Source: Felis catus (Eukaryota). Taken from it: 64,000 nt of DNA. Below the pieces are notes generated by a model. That model worked only from the letters and a program-made list of their open reading frames with translations. It was not told where the DNA came from and did not search any database. Of this stretch, positions 1-12,184 are shown piece after piece; positions within the stretch are counted from its first letter, which is position 1, and the number at the start of each line of letters is the position of its first letter. The translations under genes and the position numbers were made by a program. The stretch spans positions 104,472,001 to 104,536,000 of the forward strand of contig NC_058373.1 in assembly GCF_018350175.1 (NCBI RefSeq), written 5' to 3'.

Positions 1-416
1 GGTGGCCCTTGTCGGTGCAATTCATACCTTTGTGTAGTCCCTCCAGCCCTTGCCTTGGGTGTGGGCTAGACTTATCGATTCATTTCTAACAAATAGAAAA
101 CAGTGGAAGTGATGGGATACCCTTTCTGAGATTAGGTTACAAAAAGACTGTGGCTTCCATCTTGTTCACCTGCTCTGAGACAAGCTAACTGCCTTATTGC
201 AAGCTGCCCTAGGACAGGTTCATGTATGTGACAAGACCCCATGTCTCTGTCCAACAACCAGCAAGGACTGAGTTCTGCCAACAGCTATGTGAGTGAGCTT
301 GTAGCAGATCCTCTAAGGGACACCTGGATTTCTGATCGCAAAAACTCTGTTAAATGTCTGTTGTTTTAAGACTCTAACTTTGGAGTAATTTTTTATGCAT
401 CATTAGCTAACTAACA
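1..416 (+). mobile_element. MaLR (MLT1-family) LTR, truncated by the window edge
   Basis: Typical MLT1 motifs (ttctgagattaggttacaaaaagactgtggcttccatc) and 3' terminus tgttgttttaag...ctaactaaca. Confidence 0.75.
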
Positions 417-875
417 TACTCATCAAAGGCTTTGCCTTCTAACTTGACAAGCTTCTCTTGTTACCATTACTAATATTTTATTTTTCATCTTCAAATGAAG
501 TTTATTTGGAGATTGGGGACAGTATTAGAAAGGGAAAAAAACCATCCTTTCTTTGCCCTAAATGTTTAATGATTTATAATAATAGCTTACCTTTATTGAG
601 CACTTTCTACCTAAGAATTATGCTCTAATGCTCACGGCAGTTCCTTGAGGGTCAGTATTATATTGTACAGATGTGGAAATTGAGACTTGGAGAGGGTAAA
701 TAATGCAGGATGGTAATAATGTAGTGGGTAAATAATACACATGAAGTAAACGACTGATGGAGATAGAGTGGTGTTGACAAGAGAAAGGATACTATCACTT
801 TGTAGCACTGTTAAAGCTACAAAATGAGTGTTGAGTTCCAGTTGGAGCACCTCACATTAAAAAGGATTTTTGTAT

Positions 876-1825
876 CCCTTAGCATAACACCATCCAGGCT
901 CAGCATTGTTGCAAATGACAGGATTTCCATATTTTTAAGGCTGTATATGTACATAAAGGGTATAGACATACACAGATGCACACATACCACACGCAATGGA
1001 ATATCATTGCATTGTACTGTAGTATATACACTACATTTTCTTGATCCATTTATCCATTTACTGACACTTAGGTCATTATTATACCTGGGCTACTGTGAAT
1101 AATGCTGCAGTGAGCACAAAAGTTCAGATACCTCTTTGAGATCATGGTTTCCTTTCCTCTGAATATATACCCAGAAGTGAGGTTGCTGGATCATATGGTA
1201 GTTCTATTTTTAATAGCTGAAGAAATCTCCATACTGTTTTCCATGGTGGCTGTACCAGTTTACATTCCCACCAATGGTGTGCAGGTTTGTTTGGCTGTTT
1301 TTTTCTCCACATCGTCGCCAGAATTGTCATCTTTTGTATTTTTGTTAATAGCCATACGAACAGATGTGAGGAGACATCTCATTGTAGTTGTGATTTGCAT
1401 TCCCCTGGTGATTAGTGATGTTGAACACCTTTTTATATGCCTTTTGGTCATTCATTGCATGTCTTCTTTAGAAAAATGTCTATTTGGGTCATTTGCCCAT
1501 TTTTAAAAATTGGATTACTTGGGTTTTTTTTGTTATTGGGTTGTATGAGTTCTTTGTTTAATATTCATTTATTATTAGATATTTGGTTTGCAAATATTTT
1601 CCCCTATTCCCTAAATTGTTTTTTCATTTTATTTGTGGTTTCCTTTGTGTGCAGAAGCCCTTTAGTTTGATATAGTCCCATGTATTTATTTTGCTTTTGG
1701 TGTCACATTAAAAAAGATTATCGCCAAGACCACTGTCAAGGAGCTTAATCACTATGGTTTCTTTTAGGAATTTTGTAGGTTCAGGTTAAATCCACTTTGA
1801 ATTGATTTTTGTGCACGGTGCAAGA
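876..1825 (-). mobile_element. LINE-1 ORF2 end / 3' UTR, inverted 5' segment of an old L1M insertion
   Basis: Antisense ORFs translate to L1 ORF2 C-terminal motifs ([35 protein letters not shown]). Confidence 0.88.
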
Positions 1826-1897
1826 TGGGGCAAACAGAGAAAGACAAATGCTACATGGTATCACTTATATGTGAAAACTTCAAAGAAAAGTCAAACT

Positions 1898-2088
1898 GGG
1901 GCACCTGGGTGGCTCATTCAGTTAAGCGTCCAACTTTGGCTCTGGTCATGATCTCTCGGTTCATGAGTTTGAGCCCCACATCAGGCTCTGTGCTAACAGC
2001 TCAGAGCCTGAAGCCTGCTTCGGATTCTGTGTCTCCTCTCTCTTTGCCCTTCCCCCGCTCACACTCTGTCTCTTTGTGTCTCAAAAAT
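1898..2088 (+). mobile_element. CAN-SINE whose A-rich tail is displaced to 3058-3095
   Basis: ggggcacctgggtggctc head and CT-rich body ending tctcaaaaat; the remainder aaaaataaataaacattaaaaaa follows the LTR. Confidence 0.88.
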
Positions 2089-2095
2089 TGTCATT

Positions 2096-2319
2096 GGGGC
2101 GCCTGGGTGGCTCAGTCACTTGGGCGTCCAACTTCGGCTCAGGTCGTGATACCGTGGTTTGTGAGTTCGAGCCCCATGTTGGGCTCTGTGCTGACAGCTC
2201 AGAGCCTGAAGCCTGTTTCGGATTCTGTGTCTCATTCTCTCTCTGCCCCTCCCCCACTTGCTCCCTGTCTTTCTCTGTCTCTCAAGAATAAATAAGTATA
2301 AAAAAAATTAAAAAAAAAA
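2096..2319 (+). mobile_element. CAN-SINE inserted at the LTR terminus
   Basis: Full SINE with A tail, flanked by aaaa(t/c)tgtcat duplication. Confidence 0.9.
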
Positions 2320-2320
2320 C

Positions 2321-3057
2321 TGTCATAGACTCTGGGTCTGGAGTTCTCTGTTGTCCTGCAAGAGAACAGGATGCAGGATTGAAAATGCGAGAGAGGCTAA
2401 TGTCTGGGAGGAGACAAGAGCTCTGAATAAGCGTCCTTGCTCTGTTCTTATTAAGTACAGAAGGCTTACAAATGTGATGGATGTGCACAAAGAGACAATG
2501 AAACTGTGAACATAAACTCATGGGCGTGGGACAAAGGGGGTTTTGAAGATATGTGGTCTTAAAGGTATGGGTCAATAGGAAACAAAATCCTGGCACCTGG
2601 CAGATGGTTGTTTATAGCAGACGTGACGCCCTACCTGTGTTTACCTAAATTGGCCTAGGGGACAAGAAAAACAGCATGCTACCTCAGGGTCAACAAGGCA
2701 TCTTTCTTTTGCTAATTAGCTCCGCTCTGGGCAACTTCATCTGCCTGCAGTCTATAGCACTATTTACCTGTTTACCTAATTTGGTCCTTCCTTCCTGTGA
2801 AAGCAGTTTTCTGCTATTGTCCCATACCTTTGTCCTATACTGGGGGCCTTTGTGCTGTTTAATCTTATTTACCTAATCTTGGATGTTTTTCATCCAGAGG
2901 TTTCCTATTCCTTTGTCCTGTACAAGGGGCCTTTGCCCCCATTTACCTAATCTTGTTTACCCAAACTTGGGTGTGTTCATCCTATGGCTTTCTAATTCTT
3001 TATGCCTTGTTAACTCATCAGTGTAGACTCAGGGAATTCCTAAGCTTATTCCCCACG
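2321..3057 (-). mobile_element. ERV solo LTR, about 740 bp
   Basis: Termini tgtcat... and ...ccccacg (CA terminus apparently mutated). TATAAA on minus at 2611-2616. Internal repeats tttacctaat(c/t)ttg and cctttgtcct..ggggcctttg. aaaaat target-site duplication (TSD). Confidence 0.78.
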
Positions 3058-3350
3058 AAAAATAAATAAACATTAAAAAAATTTTTTTTGAAAAAATTAA
3101 ACTCCTAGAAACAAAGGAATAAAAGTGATTTCGGGGTTGGGGGCAGGGAAGATTAGGGAGAGGATGGTAAAAGGATACAAACTTTCAGTTATAAGATGAA
3201 AAAGACATGTGGAACTCATGTACAACATGTGACTATAGTTGATAACACTGTATTGTATCATTGAAATTTGCTAAGAGAGTAGAACTTAAATGTTCTCACC
3301 AAAAAAAAAAAAAGTAAATAGGTGAGGTAATAGATATGTTAATTAACTAA

Positions 3351-3382
<32 letters not shown>

Positions 3383-5439
3383 TGGGATGGTATCCCCATG
3401 GGGCTATGATTGAGCTTAAAGGAAAAATCCAGGAGAAATATGACATACCTGTGTGTAAGAGACATTTGACTCCTGTGGGCTATAAGTAACAGTTTGAATC
3501 ATCAGGTGGAACTTTCAAAAAAGGCAAGTGTCAGCTCATTATAGGGAGGAAGTCTGTAACAATAATAAGCATTTGGAACCAGTGGGTTACTTAAAAGAGT
3601 GAAAATATGTTTCCCCTTGGGTGCTCAGGCAAAGAAAGGCTTGGTGTCTATCTACTCTTCTAGGGTGGGTTACAAGAGATTTGGGCATTAGGCAAGGCTG
3701 GAATGAAAATTGCATGAGGAACTTTCCAACTGAGATTTCATGATTCTGGACATTGATCTGAATTCTGATAAAGAGCCCAGACCTCTTGGCCATTATCCAA
3801 GTGAACTATTTTGCCCTTCTTCATCTTTTCACGCTTCCATCCAGAACTCTTACTGAAGTGGCTAAACAAAATATCCTATCTGAAACAATTTTGTCTGTGT
3901 TCTGGGATGGTTCACATTCTCCTGGCTCTAGTACAAACCCAGATATGTGTCTGCAAAGAAATCCAGGACACCTCTTTTCTTCATGTCAGCCTGGGGCCAC
4001 TTGTCAGTAATACATTTGAGGAAAAACAGAATATTCGTAAGACTATTGACTAATTTTATTCTTTTAAGCCAGTGTCCTTAGTCTCTCTCCCTCCCTCCCT
4101 CCCCACCCCCTTGCAGTGATATTGAGTTTTGGCCACACAAGGGGACATGGAATTCTAAGGACTAAAAAAATATCAATAAATACTTGTTTAATAAATGAAT
4201 AATTCTTTATCTTGACAGGATTGAGATTCCTTCTTTCTTCTTCCCACTAAATCCTCTTGTGAGCTATTGCTGGGCAAGGAAAGAGAGTAGGACAAAGTCT
4301 CTGTTTGCAAAAGCTCCCAAATGTTTTTGTGTACTAGGTAGTTCCATCAGCCTTTGGTTATTTGTAGCAAATATCAGAAATGATATGACTATTCGACAGA
4401 ACAAGTAGATGATTGAATTTTGATATCATATATCTTATAATTACCATGTGAGTGATCACTTTTATGGTTCAGGCTGGGATTGCTGCCATTAAATGAATAT
4501 TCTGGTTGATATGTTCTTATTTAGAAGAGCCGGACTTCCAATTTTCTAAGAGTCATGCTATATTCAAATATACCAACTCCCAAACCATATTGAACAGCAG
4601 TTTTTCTGGATGATTCAGAAGACATTTTAGAACATACAGAACCACAGGAACAACATTATGAATGTGGGCTTTTGTACTGTTGTAAATTTAAAGAGAAAAA
4701 TAAGAATGAAGAGGAAATACAGATATGCCAGAGAGGCTCTTGGAAAACAGAGTGATGTGATAAAAGTTAATATCAATATTGAGATGAGGTCATAAGAAGA
4801 GCTCCAGGGTCCAGCCAGAATATAATGGATGATGTCAACATTTCCAAGAGAAAAAAATCTATCAACCAAAGGTATGTGATCAACATGAAACAGAAAACAT
4901 CGCAGTGTCCGCTCAGCACTGGTCAGGGATACAAGATTGTGTGTAGGGATGGTTGCAGGGAAGGAGAAACCTTTATGTGAAAGGACGGAATTGGACTGGT
5001 GTTAGCTGACAGAAATAGAATTATTAGAAATGAAAATGTAGATAAATGTTGAAAATTATAAGTCCAAGTTGGATTTTTACAGAAGGCTTTATGAAAGAAG
5101 ATGAAAACTGGAAATATTTTAACATGAAGATGAGTTAATGCAAATAAAAATATAGCAGGAGAGAAATTTCGGTCAAATGTGCCCAGATAAATCACATAAC
5201 CAGTAAGATACAGAAGATAGAGAGTTCCTTGTGTCTGCCTTCGTGAGACTTTAAGAGTGGGATAAGCCAGGGGTGCTGACAGAGGTAGAGTGGGGTCTTG
5301 ACCAAGACTGAATTTCAGCACATCACTTTCAGTTACCTAAGTAAACAGAACCCATAATTACATTATAAAAAGAAAATCATGTTTAAGGGAAGTAATTACA
5401 AGCTTCTTATATAACTTTTGAATGTCCGATAGCTGTATT

Positions 5440-5680
5440 AAAAGAGTATAAAGAAACAGTTGAAATAAATGTTATAATATATTTTATTTAACCCACCATT
5501 TCCAAAAAAATATTCTCGTTTCAATATGTAATGAGTAAAAGCTATTGATGAAATAGCCCACATTCTTTCTTCCCACACTAAGCCTTCAAATTCCGGTGCA
5601 TTTGACACAGCACATCTCAATCTGGAACAGCCATATGTCAATAGCGACACGTGGCTTGTGGTTAGCATATTGAACAGTAT
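5440..5680. mobile_element. hAT-Charlie DNA transposon remnant (MER33/MER3-like)
   Basis: acagcacatctcaat...agccatatgtcaa...cacgtggcttgtggttagcatattgaacag end motif. Confidence 0.6.
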
Positions 5681-6000
5681 TCCTCCAGAATAAAGCAGCT
5701 AAGTTCACACTATTTGGAAAACTACGTCAGGAGTTTTGGGAACGTCTGAAGTCCATCCCTGAGAGGGGCTTCTAATCCTAGGTTATAATTCTTGCTCCTA
5801 AAATTCCTCCAGCTCCCAAAGGATCTGATGTCCCTGTCTCCAGCAAACAATGACAAAGTGGCCTTTGCTTTTGTGGCTTACGTGGGGGAGGGTGGCACAC
5901 TGACAAATCAGAACTTTAAAATGTGGGTCTTTTGCTCTTTCTGCCTCTGAATTTTGGGCACTAACACCCCAACTCCATCACATGCTGTACTCTTCGGTTC

Positions 6001-6408
6001 TTTTTTTAATTTTTTTATTCAAGTTAATTAACCTACAGTGTAGTCTTGGCTTCAGGAGTAGAACCCAGTGATTTATCACTTACATATAACACCCAGCGCT
6101 CATCCCAACAGTGCCCTCCTTAATGCCCATCACCCATTTAGCCCATCCCCCCCACCTACCTCCCCTCCAGCACCCTCAGTTTGTTCTCTGTATTTAAGAG
6201 TCTCTTATGGTTTGCCTCCCCCTTTCTGTTTTTATCTTGTTGTTCCTTCCCTTCCCCTATGTTCATCTGTCGAGTTTCTCAGATTCCACATATGAATGAA
6301 ACCACGTATCTGTTTTTCTCTGACTGGCTTATTTCGCTTAGCATAATGCGCTCTAGCTCCATCCGCATTGTTGCAAACGGCAAGATTTCATTCTTTTTCA
6401 TAGCCGTG
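6001..6408 (-). mobile_element. 5'-truncated carnivore L1 3' end
   Basis: T-rich tail at the left, L1 3' UTR (ataacacccagcgctcatcccaacagtgccctcc), degenerate TSD ta(c/g)tcttc(g/t)gttc on both sides. Confidence 0.88.
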
Positions 6409-9132
6409 TAGTCTTCTGTTCTTAACTCCACTCTCAGTTGCTACAGGTGTGTGTTGAGTGGGGGAGGGGGAAGACAAATCAATAAAAAGAATTAAAATTA
6501 ATAGAGACTTCTTGTTCTGGCCTGCCAGATAAGCCGGCATCACCCGTAGCAGGTGTCCTTTGTGCTTCTGACAGGGGCTTATGAATAAGTAAGAAAGAGG
6601 ATTTGTACTTAAATATCAGGAACATTCTAATGCTTAGCCCAGTTATACCTCACTCTTTCATCGCTGGCATCGTCCTTCTCCAAATCATTTGTCCTCTGGT
6701 GGATCTTGACAAAGCGTCTGCACAAAACTAACAGGCGTGCAAAACCTGGATGAGCAAAATTGATTCGCCTATAATTTGTTTGTGAAGCGATCGGGCCGTG
6801 GTTGAAGTGATTTTAATTTCAGAGCCCGAGTCACCAGTCTGTCTTTTTGTCAGGCAATTAGTTCCACCGGCTGGGCAAGAATGCTGTGATGCAAGGGGCT
6901 GAGGGGAACTGGGCAAGTGGAAGTGGTCTACCCTTTCTTTTCGCTTCCCCTGAGTGTTCCTCATGCCAGGCTCCTTTTGTTTCTCTGGTTTATTCGAGGT
7001 AAAATTCCCTGCACGCTCTGTGTGCCTCTGTTGACTTTGCTGGGCATCGTGCCGTGGATAAGTGCTCTGGATAAGGACCCAGAAGGAGGTAAACGGAGGA
7101 AACTCTAATAGTAGTTACAACTTTGGGACTGTCTGGCCATGTGTTAGACTCTTCAACATGTGATTTTATTTAATACACTCGACAACCTCCATTGACAGGT
7201 GTTAACATCTTCATTTTACTAATGGCAAAATCAAGGGGCAGAGAGGTTGGTTATTAACTAAAGTCGCACATCTAAGAAGTGGAGAGTCATGGCCGCAGCG
7301 TGGGTACTTTTAATCCCTGGACTGTGCTGCCCATTCAAGCCGTTGCCTTTTGGACTTTGGGGAGGAACCATGTTTGGATTTAGAGGCCAGATAACAGTAA
7401 CCTCAACAAGGCACTTCCACCTATGAGGGCAGGGACTTTGTTAGTGTCCTTCAAGCCCAGCTGAACCTGCTTCATCCTAGGCATATAGGAAGTGCACCCA
7501 TATTTTTTCAGTGACTAAAGTGCATTATCCCATCTGATTTTCACAATAAGAGGTAGCAAAGAAAGGTATTATTATCGTTATTTATGATTATTTTACCTGA
7601 ATGGAAAGGAATATCTCATATTCACAAAGTGATTCAAATAAATTTCTGAGTCATTTTAGTTGTCAGGTTGACAACTTACTTATAAAGGTTAAAGGTCCCA
7701 GATGCAGGGACCACTTCCTGTACATTCTGTATCCCCTTCCGCATAGTGCAGAGTTCATTGCCATGGTCAAGGAAAGTTCTGTCAGACAGTGCTGCTCTAG
7801 AGGCAGGCAGAGGCTGGTTGGTGATGACCTAACATAATACCCTACTTCAGAGCCAGAGGTAGAACTTAATAATTTTTGAATGAATAAATGAATGAATACC
7901 ACAACGGAACTATTTTCTTAATATAGACTAAGCTAATTACGGTGATCAGTCATAGGTTGAATTAGTGCTTTCCAGGGTAGCTGACTCCATTTTTCAAAGT
8001 GAATCATCAAAAACTGCAAAACAACTCATTTCTTAAACATGTCAAAATGCAATTTTAAATGTCATGCTAAGTAATGGCAAGATGCTGGAGTGGGTTAGTC
8101 AGTGATTACTGCTATTTAACAGTAATTTAAAAACAAGGCAAGAGCAATGTTTGTACCAATATGGCATCCAAATAGTCAAAACCAACTCTACTTAGATAAT
8201 GAATTAATTTATATGTATTAATAATGTATTTAATTTATTTTATACCATTTTTCATGGAGTTTAAAACGAGTCATAGTTATTATGTTAGTTAATATCATGT
8301 CATCTGTCTACACCAGAAGACTGGCATTGCCTTTTCAAAAAATGACAGAGAAATGACAAAAAAAATAAGGTTTTCATCTACCACGATGCTCAGCGGGTGT
8401 GATATCCTGAGTCCCCGTTTCTTGCCCTGCGATTGTCTCACCTATATTTTGTGGGGGGGCACTTGAATAAAAAAAGAATAGTAAAACAGATGCAGAAAGG
8501 TTTGGCTTCTCATACTAAACTTCTCAGAAAGTGCAGATTATCTTACATTGCTATATGCTTTAACCAGCCTCTTTGGGAAGAAGTGCCTTTGAGCAATTCA
8601 GCAAGTTGGTATTTTGTGGCAACATTTAATCCCTTATGTTCCTTACTTTAACCAATCTCATCTGGAAAAAAAAGCCTTAACTAAGATTGATTTAATACAG
8701 TTTGAGGGAGGGGCATATGTCCAGGGTAAAGCAACCCATTTATTTACTTATTGAATGTTTGCAAGTGCCAGACATGTGCTAGGAACCCAATGATGACTGG
8801 CACACAGTCCCGGCTCTCAAAGATCTCCTGGCCTACTGGGAACTCAGGCCAGTAGACTGGTCATTACCACGGAGGGTGACCAGTACTATAATGGGAGTAA
8901 GCAGAGTATTCTTAGGAAGTCACGTTGTTCAGCTTGGGGGAAAAGAAAAGATTTGCTGGGAAAATAGAAATAAATCATGTCATGATGCCTAGGTAATGGT
9001 TAGTCAGATGATGAGAGAGGCAAAGAGAATACAGGAAAGCACGTCTTGGTTGAAGAATTACAGGAAGTTGTAGTGTCGCTAAAGCACAGATTCAAGGGGC
9101 CACAGTTGGGTGGTATGGTGGAATGAGGCTCC

Positions 9133-9575
9133 AGGGCTGTGCTGTCCAATATGGTAGCCAATAGCCACAGGTGGCCATTTAAATTTCATTTCAGGGGCGC
9201 CTGGGTGGCGCAGTCGGTTAAGCGTCCAACTTCAGCCAGGTCACGATCTTGCGGTCCGTGAGTTCGAGCCCCGCGTCGGGCTCTGGGCTGATGGCTCAGA
9301 GCCTGGAGCCTGTTTCCGATTCTGTGTCTCCCTCTCTCTCTGCCCCTCCCCCGTTCATGCTCTGTCTCTCTCTGTCTCAAAAATAAACATTAAAAAAAAA
9401 TTAAAAAAAAATAAATTTCATTTCAAATCAATTAACAGTCAATAAAATTAGAAATGCAGTCCCTGAATGGCACTAGCCATATTTAAAGAGCTCAATAGCC
9501 ACTGTGGCTACTGCGTTGCATGTGCAGATACAGAATATTTTCATCATCACAGAAGTTCTGTTGGATGGTGCTTCT
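9133..9575. mobile_element. MER3-like hAT element split by a young CAN-SINE (+, 9194-9411)
   Basis: gctgtccaatatggtagcc...gttctgttggatggtgc ends. SINE flanked by 14-bp TSD taaatttcatttca. Confidence 0.82.
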
Positions 9576-9678
9576 GTAGAGGTAGACAGGGGCCAGTCAG
9601 CAACCAACTCTGGATGAACTCTGAATGACACGCAAAGGTACTTGGAGCTTATACTGAGAACAGTAAGATGCCATTGAA

Positions 9679-9898
9679 GTGTGTGTGTGTGTGTGTGTGT
9701 TTATATTTATTGATTGATTTTGAGAGAGAGGGAGCACATGCATATTGGTGGGGAGGGGCAGAGAGAGAGAATCACAAGCAGGCTCTGAGCTGTCAGTGCA
9801 GAGCCCAAAGTGGGGCTTGATTTCATGAATCATGAGATCATGAACCTGAGCTGAAATCAAGAGTTGGACCCTTAACCGACTGAGCTACCTAGGTGCTC
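9679..9898 (-). mobile_element. CAN-SINE with (GT)n microsatellite at its tail
   Basis: Antisense SINE body, (GT)n at 9679-9699, inside L2-like sequence spanning about 8.7-10.5 kb. Confidence 0.82.
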
Positions 9899-10533
9899 CA
9901 CAACTGAAATGTTTTATACAGGAGAGTAGAATGATCACATTTATTTATTAAAAGTCACTCTGTAGGGCATAAAAGGAATTAGAAGCAAGACTTGGAGTTC
10001 GACCAGTGCAGAGAGAGACTCTTTCATTCATTTGGGCAGCTGGCTAATGATGGCACCATTAACCTCAACAGGGAACAAGGGAGAAGGAATAGATCTGGAG
10101 AAGAGAGATGATAAATTCAACTTTGTTCTTGAATTTGAAGTCAACAATGAGGCATCCAAGTGAGCTCGCAGAAGGCATTTCGGAAGTCAGATCTGAAGGT
10201 CAGGGGACAAATCTGGGCTGGAGATAAAGATTTTTAAGCCAACACTGCATGGATGACATTTGAAGCCCAAGGAGTAGGTGAGGTCTCTGAGGGAGAGAAT
10301 ATGGAATGAGATGCTAAGAAGGCCAAAGACTGAACACTGAGTGAGGAGACCAGCCTTGGAAGAGGTGCCCAGAAAAGCAGCTGGTGAGGCAAAAAGAGAA
10401 TGAGGAAACTGTATGGGATTCAAGTGAAGAGGATATTTCAGGAAAAAGGAGTGATCATCATGTCAAGTGCTGTAGAGATGTCCTCTCTGTAATCCCTGTG
10501 CCATTTTAAAATGTCTACCTCATATCAGACATA

Positions 10534-10773
10534 CAGTAAAACCTTGGTTTGTGAACATAATTTGTTCCAGAAACATGCTGGTAATCCAGAGTGCTTGTAT
10601 ATCAAAGTGAATTTCAAGAACCATTGGTTCAGTTGTGATCATGTGACGTTCAGTGTCACATACTACTCGCGTTGCAAGGCATCGATTGTTTATCAAGTTA
10701 AAATTTATTAGAAATGTTTGCTCATCTGAAGAACACTCGCAGAACAAGTTAATTGCAATCCAAGGCTTTACTG
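10534..10773. mobile_element. Tc1/mariner (Tigger-type) MITE, 240 bp
   Basis: Terminal inverted repeats cagtaaaaccttgg / ccaaggctttactg with TA on both sides (10532-10533, 10774-10775). Confidence 0.85.
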
Positions 10774-11169
10774 TATTTGTAACCACTCTTATTCTCTATA
10801 CTTCTCTAAGCACACTGGAAGTACACACTAAGTCTTCTATATTTTCATGTTCATTTTTCCCAGAGTAGGTCTTGCATACAGAAGGTGCTCTTTTGTTAGT
10901 CGTCTAATTATTTTCCAGCCTTAGAATTTGAGGCTTTTATTGGACTTAAATATATATAAAGTGTGTATCCTTTTCATGTGTTTTCCTCTTACGTCATTTT
11001 CTCTGATTGAATGAAAATGTCTTAGTTCCTGGTGAGGGTAAGGTCACAATAAACTCATAACAGTAAAATCTCATGTTTTCAGGAAATTTTTCAAATTGGG
11101 GGGGGAGGGGACAATTCCCTCTGAAACAGAAGAAACAGAACTAAGATGGATATGTTTTCATAAAAAATT

Positions 11170-11175
11170 TTTATT
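11170..11175 (-). terminator. Candidate polyadenylation signal AATAAA for SLC35F4
   Basis: tttatt on + strand about 180 nt past the stop codon, in repeat-free AT-rich 3' UTR. Alternative hexamers at 11304-11309 and 10936-10941. Confidence 0.55.
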
Positions 11176-11355
11176 ATGATCATTTACACCAGTTCCTTGA
11201 TAAGCATATAAATGTAAACTTTTATCATTGGCATTGTTTCACATATGACTTATCCAAATTCAGAGTTAATATTGTCATTTGAGTGTACCGGTAGTGAGAA
11301 AATTTTATTATATTCACAGAATATACATACACGTGCATTCAAAATGGGTCCCTCG

Positions 11356-11597
11356 TTAAGCCAGTGGTATAGACACTGTCCCATTGGCCCTGCTTCTGCT
11401 CCGCAGGTGTACATTGGAATCAGTAATGTCGTCCACATGCTCCTCGCTCTTCTTTTCCTTCAGGCTATTGATGAATCTGAGGGTAATTTCATCCCACTCC
11501 TCTGGCAAGAGCATCAGCAGAAACCCAATGCAGATGATGATCGTAGCGGCCAGGCGGACAACATTGAATATCACCTCCTGCTTCAGGAGATCCACAG
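11356..11597 (-). CDS. SLC35F4: SLC35F4 last coding exon (exon 8), 242 nt including TAA
   Basis: Acceptor ttttcttccctag. Encodes AVDLLKQEVIFNVVRLAATIIICIGFLLMLLPEEWDEITLRFINSLKEKKSEEHVDDITDSNVHLRSRSRANGTVSIPLA*, the SLC35F4 C-terminus. Confidence 0.96.
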
Positions 11598-11689
11598 CTA
11601 GGGAAGAAAAATCAAGCCGCAGTTTATGACTGTTTCGAAGCTTCTTTGAGAGCAAATGACCAAAGTCGTTGCTATTTCTAGAAATTTCT

Positions 11690-11898
11690 TTCTTTAATTT
11701 TTTAAAATTTGATGGGGGGGGGGAGGCGAGGGGCAGAGAGAGAGAGAGACAGAGAGAGAGAGAGAGAATCTTAAGCAGGTTCCGTGCTGAATTCAGAGTG
11801 CAATGCGAGACTTGATTCCACGACCCTGCGATTATGACCTGAGCCAAAATCAAGAGTCGGACACTCAACCGACTGAGCCCCCGCCCCAAGGTGCACCA
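11690..11898 (-). mobile_element. CAN-SINE about 90 nt upstream of the last exon acceptor
   Basis: SINE body with TSD ttctagaaatttct. Confidence 0.88.
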
Positions 11899-12184
11899 AC
11901 TACTTCTAGAAATTTCTGAAGTCTCCCTTGTTCTTTCAAGCTCGTCTTTCCTTTCTCCATATCATTATATTGTTCCCTTTGTTTGCATTCTGTTCCTTCT
12001 CTCTAAATCAGACTTATCTTTCAAGGCTCATGTCATCTCATTTAATTACAACTCTGCAGTTTTTATTTCTTGAAACTTTTCTTCTGTGTCCCTTCACACT
12101 TCTCCAGTTTCATTGGCCGCTGAAGATTTTTTCAAATGAGCAAAGCTTTTTAATATATATGGCTTTACACATGCTGTTCTTAAA

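Larger units (their letters stand above)
1826..3381 (+). mobile_element. LINE-1 3' UTR sense segment (1826-1897 and about 3096-3381), interrupted by nested SINEs and an LTR
   Basis: cagagaaagacaaatgctacatggtatcacttatatgtg continues after the inserts with atacaaactttcagttataagatg...tttgctaagagagtagaacttaaatgttctcacc. Ends in an (AAC)n tail at about 3352-3381. Confidence 0.82.

Noticed and set aside
11598..11889. N-terminal half of the 177-aa ORF 11356..11889
   Set aside because: It is intron plus SINE sequence read through upstream of the true acceptor at 11597.
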